Source: Candidatus Latescibacterota bacterium (GTDB taxonomy: Bacteria > Latescibacterota > UBA2968). Taken from it: 15,305 nucleotides of DNA. Under the pieces are notes generated by a model. That model was not told the DNA's origin. It saw nothing but the letters and a program-made list of their open reading frames with translations, and made no database searches. This document shows positions 1 through 9,270 of the stretch, piece by piece. The translations under genes were made by a program, and so were the position numbers. The number at the start of each line of letters is the position of its first letter. Position 1 is the stretch's first letter. Location of the stretch: NCBI GenBank assembly GCA_038279365.1, contig JAYODI010000110.1:1-15305 (forward strand), read 5' to 3'.

Positions 1-2
1 TT

Positions 3-2816
3 GCGCACTTCAAAAAATGCACTGGCCAAGAACCGTTCGCTCAGCTTAAACCCATAGGTTAAGCGCATATCTGTGCGGAATGTCCAAGGACCTTCAGCCA
101 CTTCACGGTCACGCACATCTGTTGTCGTTTCTTCAACCCGATAATAAAAACCACTGTTCAAGGTTGAAATAGAGGTCAACGTCAACCGATCGCTTTCACC
201 AGGCGTGAGACTTGAAAAGTCACCCGTCAAGGTCATACCCACACGATGTTTCCGGTCAAAACCGGTTACCAATGGATTGCCACCACCGTTTACATTTTGT
301 TGATACGTGTTAAATGTAGCGCGGGCTTCCAAAGGAATGTCGGTGTCTGTTACAGACGAAAACGATGTCTGGTCAGGCACGTGTGATGTGTTGCCTGCAA
401 AAGCAGATGATTTGATATAACTAAAGGCATAGTTGAGACGACCCGAAATCCAAGGGCTGCCAGCACGACGCTCCAATGAAAGCTCAACACCACGCGAATC
501 GGCATAACCAAAGCTCGTGTTAAACGTATAAGAACCAAAACCCAAACCAGCAACAGGGTTAATGGCATAGCTGATACGTCCGTAGTTTTCGATGTCGCGA
601 TAATATGCCGTTACATCAAGCAAGTGGTTGCGATCAATCCCATATTGCACACCAATTTCATAGGCAGTGGCCTGTACGGGGTCTGCATCCACATCCACCA
701 CAAAGGGCAATGATGGGTTGGCAAACACACCAAAGTTGTCATACATGCTCGAAAACGAAGGGGGTGAATAAAACTTACCCCACGAATAGTGCATGGCAGC
801 ACTTTCGGTAATCGGATGCGAAATACCCAAGCGTGGTTGAATAAACCATTTGGTATCTACACTCTTGCCACGAATTTGCTCACGCACAATCTGACCGTTT
901 GCAAGTGTGGTTTGTGCTGAGGGATTGAAAAAGTCTGTAAAGTTTTTCACACCCACATTGAAACCATCAAGACGCACACCACCATTGATGATGATGCCAT
1001 CATATTCGATACGGTCTTGTACGTAAAGTGCATATTCACTTGGATTCACTGAAAAATCTGTGATCTCAAACGGAAATGCATTGTCATAAGTGACACGCAC
1101 TTGGGTGCGTTGTTGGAATTGCGATACTTCATGACGACGATACAAAAGACCTGCTTTAATTTGGTGATTAAAGTTCAATTGGCTGGTCACATCCGCTTTG
1201 ATTTGGAACACGTTGCGATCCAAATCTTCATAATAAAAGCCAGGTTGACCAATGCGATAAGCACCATTGGCAAATGTCAGGTTGAAAAACTTTTCATTAC
1301 CAGGGTCGGGTGTGAAAAATGAGCGTTGACCATTGGCCAAAATACCCGAACCATTTAAACCCAAATACTTATCTGATTCAGCCGAAGTTTTGAGTACGAT
1401 AAAGTCACCATCTTCACCAGAGTCTACCCGACCATTACCATTGTCGTCAGAATAACCAAATTCACTGGTACGGTTGAGTTGTGAAACCTTAATTTCATAA
1501 AAGGTTTTGGGTGAAAGAGATTGTGTCCAACCCAAATATCCCATCAAACCAAGTTTTTTATTGCCAGGGTAACCAGCATGATAAAACTTGAATCGAGAAG
1601 CAAAATCACGGTTGGTCCAACCACCCAATTTGCCTTCATCATCAATCATAAAGTTGGCGGTCAATTTGCCCGAATCAGAAGGCTTAAACGTCAACTTAAG
1701 AGAATGTCGCATGCTCACATGATGACCATAGGGCAAATATTCACGCGCATTGTTATAACGCGTCGTAAAGTAAAAGCCACCCACACCACCTAATGGGCCA
1801 CCCACCGAAACTTCGGCTTCAGTTGGGCCATCGCCATAATCGGTGTTTTGTGCCGCATTGAAATTATAAAACTGAACGGCTTTGGCAATATTGGCCGCAT
1901 CACCCGAATTTAACAGTGTGGTGCGTTCAAGATTGTATTTTGCCAAATCGCTTTCCACTGCTTGGCCATTTTTAGTGGTATTGGTATACACATCAGGACC
2001 GGCATTCTTCGTGCCAGAACCCGAGCGCACAAAAATACGACCGTCGTATTTTTCGCCACCTTCACGGGTTACCACATTGATCACACCTGCGCTGGCGGCA
2101 TCGTATTCGGCATTGAATGTACCAGAAATGATATCCAATGACTGTACGGAGCTGACGTTGATGCCCACACCAAACTCACCTTCAGATGAGCGATTGGCTG
2201 AAGTATAAGGGCTATAAACCGACGTACCTTCACCAGCACGGAAGTAGGTATCAGACACATCAATACCATCGACCAAAATTTTGGATTCCGATTTGCGACC
2301 ACCGCGTACAAACCCACGAAACACACTGGGTGAGGTATCAATCAAATCAGACAAATCAGCCACGGGCATCGTATTGTTAATTTCACTTGCATCAATACTT
2401 GTGCGGCTGGAAGTCAATGTCTTTTCAATCAAAGGACGTTCCGCCACCACCGTGATGGCTTCGCCTTCAATGGCTTGTTCAGAAATATCAAAATTGACTT
2501 CTGTGGTTAAATCTGAGCGCACACGCACATCGGTTTTTTCTACGGGTTGATACCCGACAAAACCAACTTTAATGGTGTAAACACCCGGTTGCAAATTCAA
2601 CAAAAAATACTGACCTTCACTATCTGTAACCGCACCAACCGTAGTAGCACCAACCATTGTGGTTACATTAGCCCCAGGAATCACTTCCCCAGAACTACGA
2701 TCTTTTACGACCCCCGCAACTTTGCCATTGGCAGCAAAAAGCGGCGAAGTCGCCAATCCTAAGCCAACAATGGCCCAGGCCAACAGGATAAAAACCTGTT
2801 TATGTAAAGCACGCAT
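3..2816 (-). CDS. TonB-dependent outer membrane receptor with N-terminal carboxypeptidase-regulatory-like domain; 3' end runs off the left edge of the window
   Basis: Manual translation from ATG at 2816 (SD GGAGG upstream): signal peptide MRALHKQVFILLAWAIVGLGLATSPLFA, then GKVAGVVKDRSSGEVIPGANV...GAVTDSEGQYFLLNLQPGVYTIKVGFVGYQ; plug motifs VRGGRKSESKILVDGIDV and GTFNAEYDAASAGVINVVTREG; barrel-type end WTFRTDMRLTYGFKLSERFLASAFFEVR. Start, middle and end were spot-checked and lie in the same frame. Missing from the ORF track because there is no stop codon in the window. Confidence 0.93.
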   Translation of the reverse strand, partial: MRALHKQVFILLAWAIVGLGLATSPLFAANGKVAGVVKDRSSGEVIPGANVTTMVGATTVGAVTDSEGQYFLLNLQPGVYTIKVGFVGYQPVEKTDVRVRSDLTTEVNFDISEQAIEGEAITVVAERPLIEKTLTSSRTSIDASEINNTMPVADLSDLIDTSPSVFRGFVRGGRKSESKILVDGIDVSDTYFRAGEGTSVYSPYTSANRSSEGEFGVGINVSSVQSLDIISGTFNAEYDAASAGVINVVTREGGEKYDGRIFVRSGSGTKNAGPDVYTNTTKNGQAVESDLAKYNLERTTLLNSGDAANIAKAVQFYNFNAAQNTDYGDGPTEAEVSVGGPLGGVGGFYFTTRYNNAREYLPYGHHVSMRHSLKLTFKPSDSGKLTANFMIDDEGKLGGWTNRDFASRFKFYHAGYPGNKKLGLMGYLGWTQSLSPKTFYEIKVSQLNRTSEFGYSDDNGNGRVDSGEDGDFIVLKTSAESDKYLGLNGSGILANGQRSFFTPDPGNEKFFNLTFANGAYRIGQPGFYYEDLDRNVFQIKADVTSQLNFNHQIKAGLLYRRHEVSQFQQRTQVRVTYDNAFPFEITDFSVNPSEYALYVQDRIEYDGIIINGGVRLDGFNVGVKNFTDFFNPSAQTTLANGQIVREQIRGKSVDTKWFIQPRLGISHPITESAAMHYSWGKFYSPPSFSSMYDNFGVFANPSLPFVVDVDADPVQATAYEIGVQYGIDRNHLLDVTAYYRDIENYGRISYAINPVAGLGFGSYTFNTSFGYADSRGVELSLERRAGSPWISGRLNYAFSYIKSSAFAGNTSHVPDQTSFSSVTDTDIPLEARATFNTYQQNVNGGGNPLVTGFDRKHRVGMTLTGDFSSLTPGESDRLTLTSISTLNSGFYYRVEETTTDVRDREVAEGPWTFRTDMRLTYGFKLSERFLASAFFEVR

Positions 2817-3057
2817 AATGCTTCCTCCAGTGAGGGTGAAACCACCAAAATATCAAAACCATTATTTTGGCGGACGACTTTACCCAGTAATTCCAGTACC
2901 GTGGTTAACCCACAAACTTATTAATGACTTATAATCGACGACCTCCTTTGCTCCTCCCGAGAAACTCAAATAGATATATGACACATCTAATTGAATAGAT
3001 ATGGATTTTAAACATTCTGATTATTAGGATTGTACCAATTTTTAAGACTATGTTCTA

Positions 3058-3086
3058 AATTTAGGGGCATCCTCTTCGGTTGTCAA
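3058..3086 (-). promoter_or_regulatory. Putative sigma70 promoter for the TonB receptor
   Basis: Minus strand TTGACA (3086-3081), 17-nt spacer, TAAATT (3063-3058); implies a 5' leader of about 235 nt. Confidence 0.55.
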
Positions 3087-3163
3087 TGCTTTTTTGACAG
3101 AATTGTGACATGCATAAAGCATTGATAATAAAAATGTTTAGTTTTTTTAACACAAAGATTAAA

Positions 3164-3192
3164 TTGACATCTAACCATTGATATATTACTGT
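3164..3192 (+). promoter_or_regulatory. Putative sigma70 promoter for the XRE regulator
   Basis: TTGACA (3164-3169), 17-nt spacer, TACTGT (3187-3192), about 60 nt upstream of ATG 3251. Confidence 0.5.
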
Positions 3193-3250
3193 TATGACAT
3201 AAGGTTAATCAATGGTCTCAGTGGCCTAAAATCGACAATAGCGAATTATT

Positions 3251-3850
3251 ATGGATTCATTTGAATTTAATCCCATAACCATTGGTGGGCGCATTGATCG
3301 TATGCGCAACCAATTTAAATATTCTATTGAGGAACTGGCAGGGCGTGCAGGACTCAATAAAAATACGGTAAACCGTGTCATCAAAGGCATAGGTAAACCC
3401 AATCTAAACACCTTTTTAAAGCTATGCAATGCCTTAAAAGTCACGCCCAACGACCTCATGGCTCCCAGTATCAACCAAAATGACCACTATCGCATCCTGC
3501 GTCCCACTGACAACCAGTTTATTGCCTATCATAACCAAGAAATGGGTTTGCGTATAGGTCTCCTGACCAACGACCTGCCCCAAAGCACCATGGGGTGCAT
3601 GGTGCTTGAATTTTCTGAGCGAACCACCACGCGCAACCACGTTGGCGAAGAACTCTTGGTTTGCACTTCGGGGCGTATAGGACTCACCATTGGTGAAAAA
3701 ACCGTAGAAATAGACGCAGGTACAGCCATTATCTTTCATGCATCAGAACCACACAGCTACTACAATGCCGATCCCACACGTGAAAAATCCACAGCCATTG
3801 GCGCACTAACAGTTTCATTTATTGATGAGTCCAACAAACATCCCCTATAA
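3251..3850 (+). CDS. XRE-family (HTH_3) transcriptional regulator with C-terminal cupin domain
   Basis: N-terminal IGGRIDRMRNQFKYSIEELAGRAGLNKNTVNRVIKGIGKPNLNTFLKLCNALKV (XRE HTH); cupin motifs HVGEELLVCTSG and GTAIIFHASEPHSYYN. Confidence 0.9.
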   Translation: MDSFEFNPITIGGRIDRMRNQFKYSIEELAGRAGLNKNTVNRVIKGIGKPNLNTFLKLCNALKVTPNDLMAPSINQNDHYRILRPTDNQFIAYHNQEMGLRIGLLTNDLPQSTMGCMVLEFSERTTTRNHVGEELLVCTSGRIGLTIGEKTVEIDAGTAIIFHASEPHSYYNADPTREKSTAIGALTVSFIDESNKHPL

Positions 3851-3881
3851 TTTGAGACAGTTCTTAAATATAAGAAGATTC

Positions 3882-3918
3882 AAAAAAAAGCCGTGACGAA
3901 ATCGTCACGGCTTTTTTT
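3882..3918. terminator. Bidirectional intrinsic terminator between convergent XRE gene and pntB
   Basis: A8-GCCGTGACG-aaat-CGTCACGGC-T7. Confidence 0.88.
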
Positions 3919-4013
3919 GCCATAAACACAGCACCCATCAGGAGTAAACGTCTTAATTCTACTCCCCAAAAACACCTAATGTATATATAAAACAAATATT
4001 TATGCTTTCACAC

Positions 4014-5402
<1,389 letters not shown>

Positions 5403-5478
5403 AATTTCAAAGTTTTCTTTTAAAAAATAGTGGATGATCTTAGTCGATTACGCGCTACGCTCGTTGTAACCTGCGCCT

Positions 5479-5518
5479 ATTCGTCGATTCGTCAATTCGC
5501 TTATTCATCAATTCGCTA
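5479..5518. repeat. Five tandem degenerate octamers (ATTCGTCA-like) at the pntAB-pntB junction
   Basis: attcgtcg attcgtca attcgctt attcatca attcgcta; the last unit contains the pntAB stop codon. Confidence 0.75.
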
Positions 5519-5797
5519 ATCTCGCCTTTTAAACATGCTCAGCATGCGATGTGTCACCAAAAAACCACCCACCACATTCAATGTTGCAAAAACAACCGCC
5601 GCCACACCCAAACCCGTTGTCAACATCGTATGCTGAGAGCCTGCTGAAAGCACCGCACCAATTAATGTAATGCCAGAAATTGCATTGGAACCCGACATCA
5701 GTGGGGTATGCAATGTAGGTGGAATTTTTGTGATAATTTCAAACCCCACAAACACCGCCAACACAAATACCGTCAACGCAGTTACTAAAATTTCCAT
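5516..5797 (-). CDS. pntAB: NAD(P) transhydrogenase subunit alpha part 2 (membrane)
   Basis: 93 aa; KIPPTLHTPLMSGSNAISG and NVVGGFLVTHRMLSMF are typical of the split alpha2 subunit. Confidence 0.95.
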   Translation of the reverse strand: MEILVTALTVFVLAVFVGFEIITKIPPTLHTPLMSGSNAISGITLIGAVLSAGSQHTMLTTGLGVAAVVFATLNVVGGFLVTHRMLSMFKRRD

Positions 5798-5815
5798 AAT
5801 AAAATTCCTTAAAAA

Positions 5816-5921
5816 CGGTCAAAAGTCTACAGGTCACATGTCGCAGGTCAAAATCACAAAAACCAATCACATAAGATTTACAAGTTTGACCTACGACCTG
5901 CAGACCTGTGACCTGCGACAT
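5816..5921. repeat. Palindromic element made of inverted heptamer arrays (AGGTCRC / GYGACCT)
   Basis: Left arm cggtcaa aagtctac aggtcac atgtcgc aggtcaa; right arm ttgacct acgacct gcagacct gtgacct gcgacat. Confidence 0.8.
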
Positions 5922-5925
5922 TCTT

Positions 5926-7074
5926 TTAACTCATACTTTCCTTCACCCGATCATTCACCACCTGCCCCCCTTGTGTCACCAAGGTGGCTTTTAAAATTTC
6001 ATCTTCCAAATCAATCTTTAAACCACCCTCATCAATCAACAAACCGAGAAAGTTTGCCACATTATGCGCAAACATCTGACTGGCATGATAAGGCACCGTA
6101 GCCGGTAAATTGGTTGGCCCAAAAATTTGTACATCATGCGCAATCACGGTTTCATTGGCCTTTGTCAATGCACAATTACCGCCACGTTCAGCCGCCAAAT
6201 CAACAATCACAGAACCAGGAGCCATCGCTTTAACCGCATCTTCAATAATCAACAAAGGAGATGGTTTACCAGGTATTGCTGCAGTACTGATCACCACATT
6301 GTTTTCGCCCACCACATGCCCCAGTGCTTCACGTTGTCGATCATAAAAGTCTTCCGATTGGGCACGTGCATAACCACCGGCATCTTCAGAATTTTGCGTG
6401 TCCAATCCCAAATCAACAAACTGAGCACCCAAACTTTCAACCTGTTCGCGCACCGCCGGACGCACATCATAAGCTTGTACCACAGCACCCAAACGCCGCG
6501 AAGTTGCAATGGCCTGTAAACCTGCCACACCTGCACCAATTACCAAAACACGTGCCGGACGCACGGTGCCTGAAGCTGTCATCAACAACGGAAACATACG
6601 CGGCAAAGCATGTGCGGCCAACAACACCGCCTTATATCCTGCCACAGTGGCCATCGAAGACAAAATATCCATGCTTTGTGCCCGTGTAATGCGCGGGATG
6701 AGCTCCAAAGCAAACAACACAGCACCTGTATGAGCAACAGATTGTGTCATCTCATGCGCGGTTAAAGGATCTGCCGATCCAATCACCACTTGCCCATCAC
6801 GCATCAAATCCACATCGGCCTGACCCGCATCTGCATTGGCCCCTGGTGCACGCACTTGCAACACCACATCGGCCCGCTCAAAAACACCAGCGCGCGTGGC
6901 AACCACTTCTATACCGCGCTCTGCATATGCCGCATCGGGAAACCCTGCTGTCATACCTGCTCCAGATTCCAAAACAAACTGAACGCCCTTGCCAATAAGC
7001 GATGTTGCCACCTCAGGAATCATAGCCACCCGATGCTCACCCACTGCCGTCTCTTTAACTATGCCAACAACCAT
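5926..7074 (-). CDS. pntAA: NAD(P) transhydrogenase subunit alpha part 1 (NAD(H)-binding domain I)
   Basis: MVVGIVKETAVGEHRVAMIPE, PRITRAQSMDILSS, GAGVAGLQA, DLAAERGGNC; ATG 7074 preferred over GTG 7089 because AAGGA lies 7 nt upstream of it. Confidence 0.95.
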   Translation of the reverse strand: MVVGIVKETAVGEHRVAMIPEVATSLIGKGVQFVLESGAGMTAGFPDAAYAERGIEVVATRAGVFERADVVLQVRAPGANADAGQADVDLMRDGQVVIGSADPLTAHEMTQSVAHTGAVLFALELIPRITRAQSMDILSSMATVAGYKAVLLAAHALPRMFPLLMTASGTVRPARVLVIGAGVAGLQAIATSRRLGAVVQAYDVRPAVREQVESLGAQFVDLGLDTQNSEDAGGYARAQSEDFYDRQREALGHVVGENNVVISTAAIPGKPSPLLIIEDAVKAMAPGSVIVDLAAERGGNCALTKANETVIAHDVQIFGPTNLPATVPYHASQMFAHNVANFLGLLIDEGGLKIDLEDEILKATLVTQGGQVVNDRVKESMS

Positions 7075-7132
7075 ATCAAAATCCTTCACAAAAGCTTTTT
7101 ACATCTATCCATAACGAGATACAATGTGTTAC

Positions 7133-7300
7133 TTACTTTGGAGCCATTATCTTCTCACCAGGCAAGATACCTTGCTTCTTCATCTCTTTAAGCACAACTT
7201 CACACTTTGAACACAAAGTAAAAACGTGTCCTTCAAAATTGGGCACAACACCCATTTTCTTTTTGCAAACCCGACACAATATGGGTGTATACTTGGCCAT
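7133..7300 (-). CDS. Small hypothetical zinc-finger/zinc-ribbon protein, 55 aa (CxxC-x17-CxxC)
   Basis: Manual translation MAKYTPILCRVCKKKMGVVPNFEGHVFTLCSKCEVVLKEMKKQGILPGEKIMAPK*; ATG 3 nt after the upstream gene's stop; GGAG SD; fills the gap between co-oriented genes; shorter than any ORF in the supplied track. Confidence 0.75.
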   Translation of the reverse strand: MAKYTPILCRVCKKKMGVVPNFEGHVFTLCSKCEVVLKEMKKQGILPGEKIMAPK

Positions 7301-7303
7301 CTG

Positions 7304-9145
7304 TTACTTCTCCATTTTTTTTATATCACCTATAAGCATCTGAACCTGCTCATCTTCCGGCCAACGTAAATACGCCGACTGAATCAACATTTGTGAATCG
7401 ACATATCGCTTTGCTTCAATATAAAGTTTGCCCAAAAATACCGTTGCCAGTTTATGGTCAAATGCATATTCAGACAACAAAATCTCACACTGCCGGATGG
7501 CACCTACCACATTGTCTAACTGATAAAACACCTTTGCCAATGCAAAACGTGCGTCCACATCATCTGCATGTAAACGCAAAACATGTGTAAACGCTGCCTC
7601 AGCATCCAACAAATTGCCACTTTTCACAGACATCTCACCCAGGCGTTTCCACAAATCGACCTGTGTCGAATCCAACGCCACCGCCCGCGCATATGCATTT
7701 GCTGCTTCTACATATCGATTTTGCTCGGCATACACAATACCCAAATACTTCCAACTGCTGGCATCATCGGCCTTCAATTCTGCCAATTGTTCAAAAGCCT
7801 TCAATGCCTCACCGTACTGACCTTGTTTGCGATATCCCACACCCAAGTTATAATATACCTTAGCACTGCGATTGCCGTCATGTATTGCAGATAAAAATAA
7901 TGTCACATCATTTTGCCAATCAGCATTTCGCATCACCGTCCGCCCACCCAATCCCCCCAAAAGTACCACCAAAACAATGGTTACATACTTTCGTTCTTCG
8001 CCCACCATAAAACGCGAAACCACACTCCCCACAAACAAAGCCACACCCACCATAGGCAAATAAAGCAACCGTTCACCCAAAATGGTGCCAATAACCACAA
8101 CAAGATTAGAAACAGGCGCAAATGCGACCACAAAAAATAAAACACCCAACACACCCGACAAAAAATGCTTTCGCACAATCCACCGAATCACCAACACCCC
8201 CACACCCACCACCAAGACAATGGGCCCCCAAGCCAAAGGATCAAATACCGACGTTGCAATGGGCACCTCACTATATGAATAATCGGGCATTAACCACAGT
8301 GGAAACACCAACAAACGCACATAAATGCCAATAGCAACCCAGGTGGTTAACCAGCGGGATAGACCCACCAAATGGGGCAAGGGGTTGTCAAATTCGGCTG
8401 GCGGTGTTGGTAAAAACACAGCCCCAACAACTTGTGTGCGAATAAACAAAAAAAGAACCACCAAACCCACATAAGGCATATAACGTGGCAAACCCGCCTT
8501 TAAAAAGCCCAACACACCCTTGGGCCAACGCCCCCGATGGATCCATATCCAATCAAACACCACCAACAAACCCACCAAACACGCTGCATTTTCTTTGCTG
8601 CACATGGCCAAAAAAGACGCCACAAGCGACAACCCATATAATCCATTGAGCCCACGCCCAGCATAAACCCCAGACCGCACATACAACAAACACGCCACCA
8701 ACACCCAAAATGCCGACAACAACTCAGCACGCCCAACAATGCCATTTACCGCTTCGGTTTGTACAGGGTGCAACGCAAACAACAAGGCCACCACCCCACC
8801 AAAAGGGATCCGCAACAAATTTCGGGTCAACAGATACACCAACAACGTATTCATAACATGCAACAACACATTGATTACGTGGTAGCCAAATGGATCAAAC
8901 GCATGAACGGCATAATTAAAAGCCAAACTCAATGTCGTCAGTGGGCGATAAAGCCCTGCATGTTCTCTGTTGGGCCAATAGGGCGTTGAAAAAATACGAA
9001 CAAGATCCAACGACAATATAGACGGGTTATCTTCAACAATCGCATGATCATCAAACGTAAACCCATTCCCCAACGAATTGGCATAAACCAACAAAGGCAC
9101 CAACACCACCCACAAAATGGGCTTCCGCATCCAGTTCAAAATCAT
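7304..9145 (-). CDS. TMTC-like membrane protein (GT-C type, DUF1736-like) with C-terminal TPR repeats
   Basis: Motifs FTFDDHAIVEDNP, YRPLTTLS, HPVQTEAVNGIVGRAELL, SKE, ERLLYLP, RNADW resemble the TMTC1-4 family; multiple TM helices followed by TPR helices (YYNLGVGYRKQGQYGEAL...). Confidence 0.85.
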   Translation of the reverse strand: MILNWMRKPILWVVLVPLLVYANSLGNGFTFDDHAIVEDNPSILSLDLVRIFSTPYWPNREHAGLYRPLTTLSLAFNYAVHAFDPFGYHVINVLLHVMNTLLVYLLTRNLLRIPFGGVVALLFALHPVQTEAVNGIVGRAELLSAFWVLVACLLYVRSGVYAGRGLNGLYGLSLVASFLAMCSKENAACLVGLLVVFDWIWIHRGRWPKGVLGFLKAGLPRYMPYVGLVVLFLFIRTQVVGAVFLPTPPAEFDNPLPHLVGLSRWLTTWVAIGIYVRLLVFPLWLMPDYSYSEVPIATSVFDPLAWGPIVLVVGVGVLVIRWIVRKHFLSGVLGVLFFVVAFAPVSNLVVVIGTILGERLLYLPMVGVALFVGSVVSRFMVGEERKYVTIVLVVLLGGLGGRTVMRNADWQNDVTLFLSAIHDGNRSAKVYYNLGVGYRKQGQYGEALKAFEQLAELKADDASSWKYLGIVYAEQNRYVEAANAYARAVALDSTQVDLWKRLGEMSVKSGNLLDAEAAFTHVLRLHADDVDARFALAKVFYQLDNVVGAIRQCEILLSEYAFDHKLATVFLGKLYIEAKRYVDSQMLIQSAYLRWPEDEQVQMLIGDIKKMEK

Positions 9146-9163
9146 AAATACCTTTAATAATCA

Positions 9164-9268
9164 AGGTCACACGTCTTCAGGTCACAAGTCGCACGTCTGA
9201 AAGTCACAAATCAAAAAGCCTTTGATTGATTTGTGACCTGTAACCTGCCAACCTGAGACTTGCGACAC
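9164..9268. repeat. Second palindromic heptamer-array element (AGGTCAC / GTGACCT family)
   Basis: aggtcac acgtcttc aggtcac aagtcgc acgtctga aagtcac ... gtgacct gtaacct gccaacct gagactt gcgacac; perfect 12-bp inner inverted repeat GTCACAAATCAA (9203-9214) / TTGATTTGTGAC (9226-9237). Confidence 0.82.
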
Positions 9269-9270
9269 CT

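Noticed and set aside
350-2934. Numerous short ORFs in the track over 350-2934
   Set aside because: They are antisense or out-of-frame shadows of the TonB receptor gene
5443-5475. GTCGATTACGCGCTACGCTCGTTGTAACC as a REP-like remnant
   Set aside because: Single, highly degenerate copy with weak pairing
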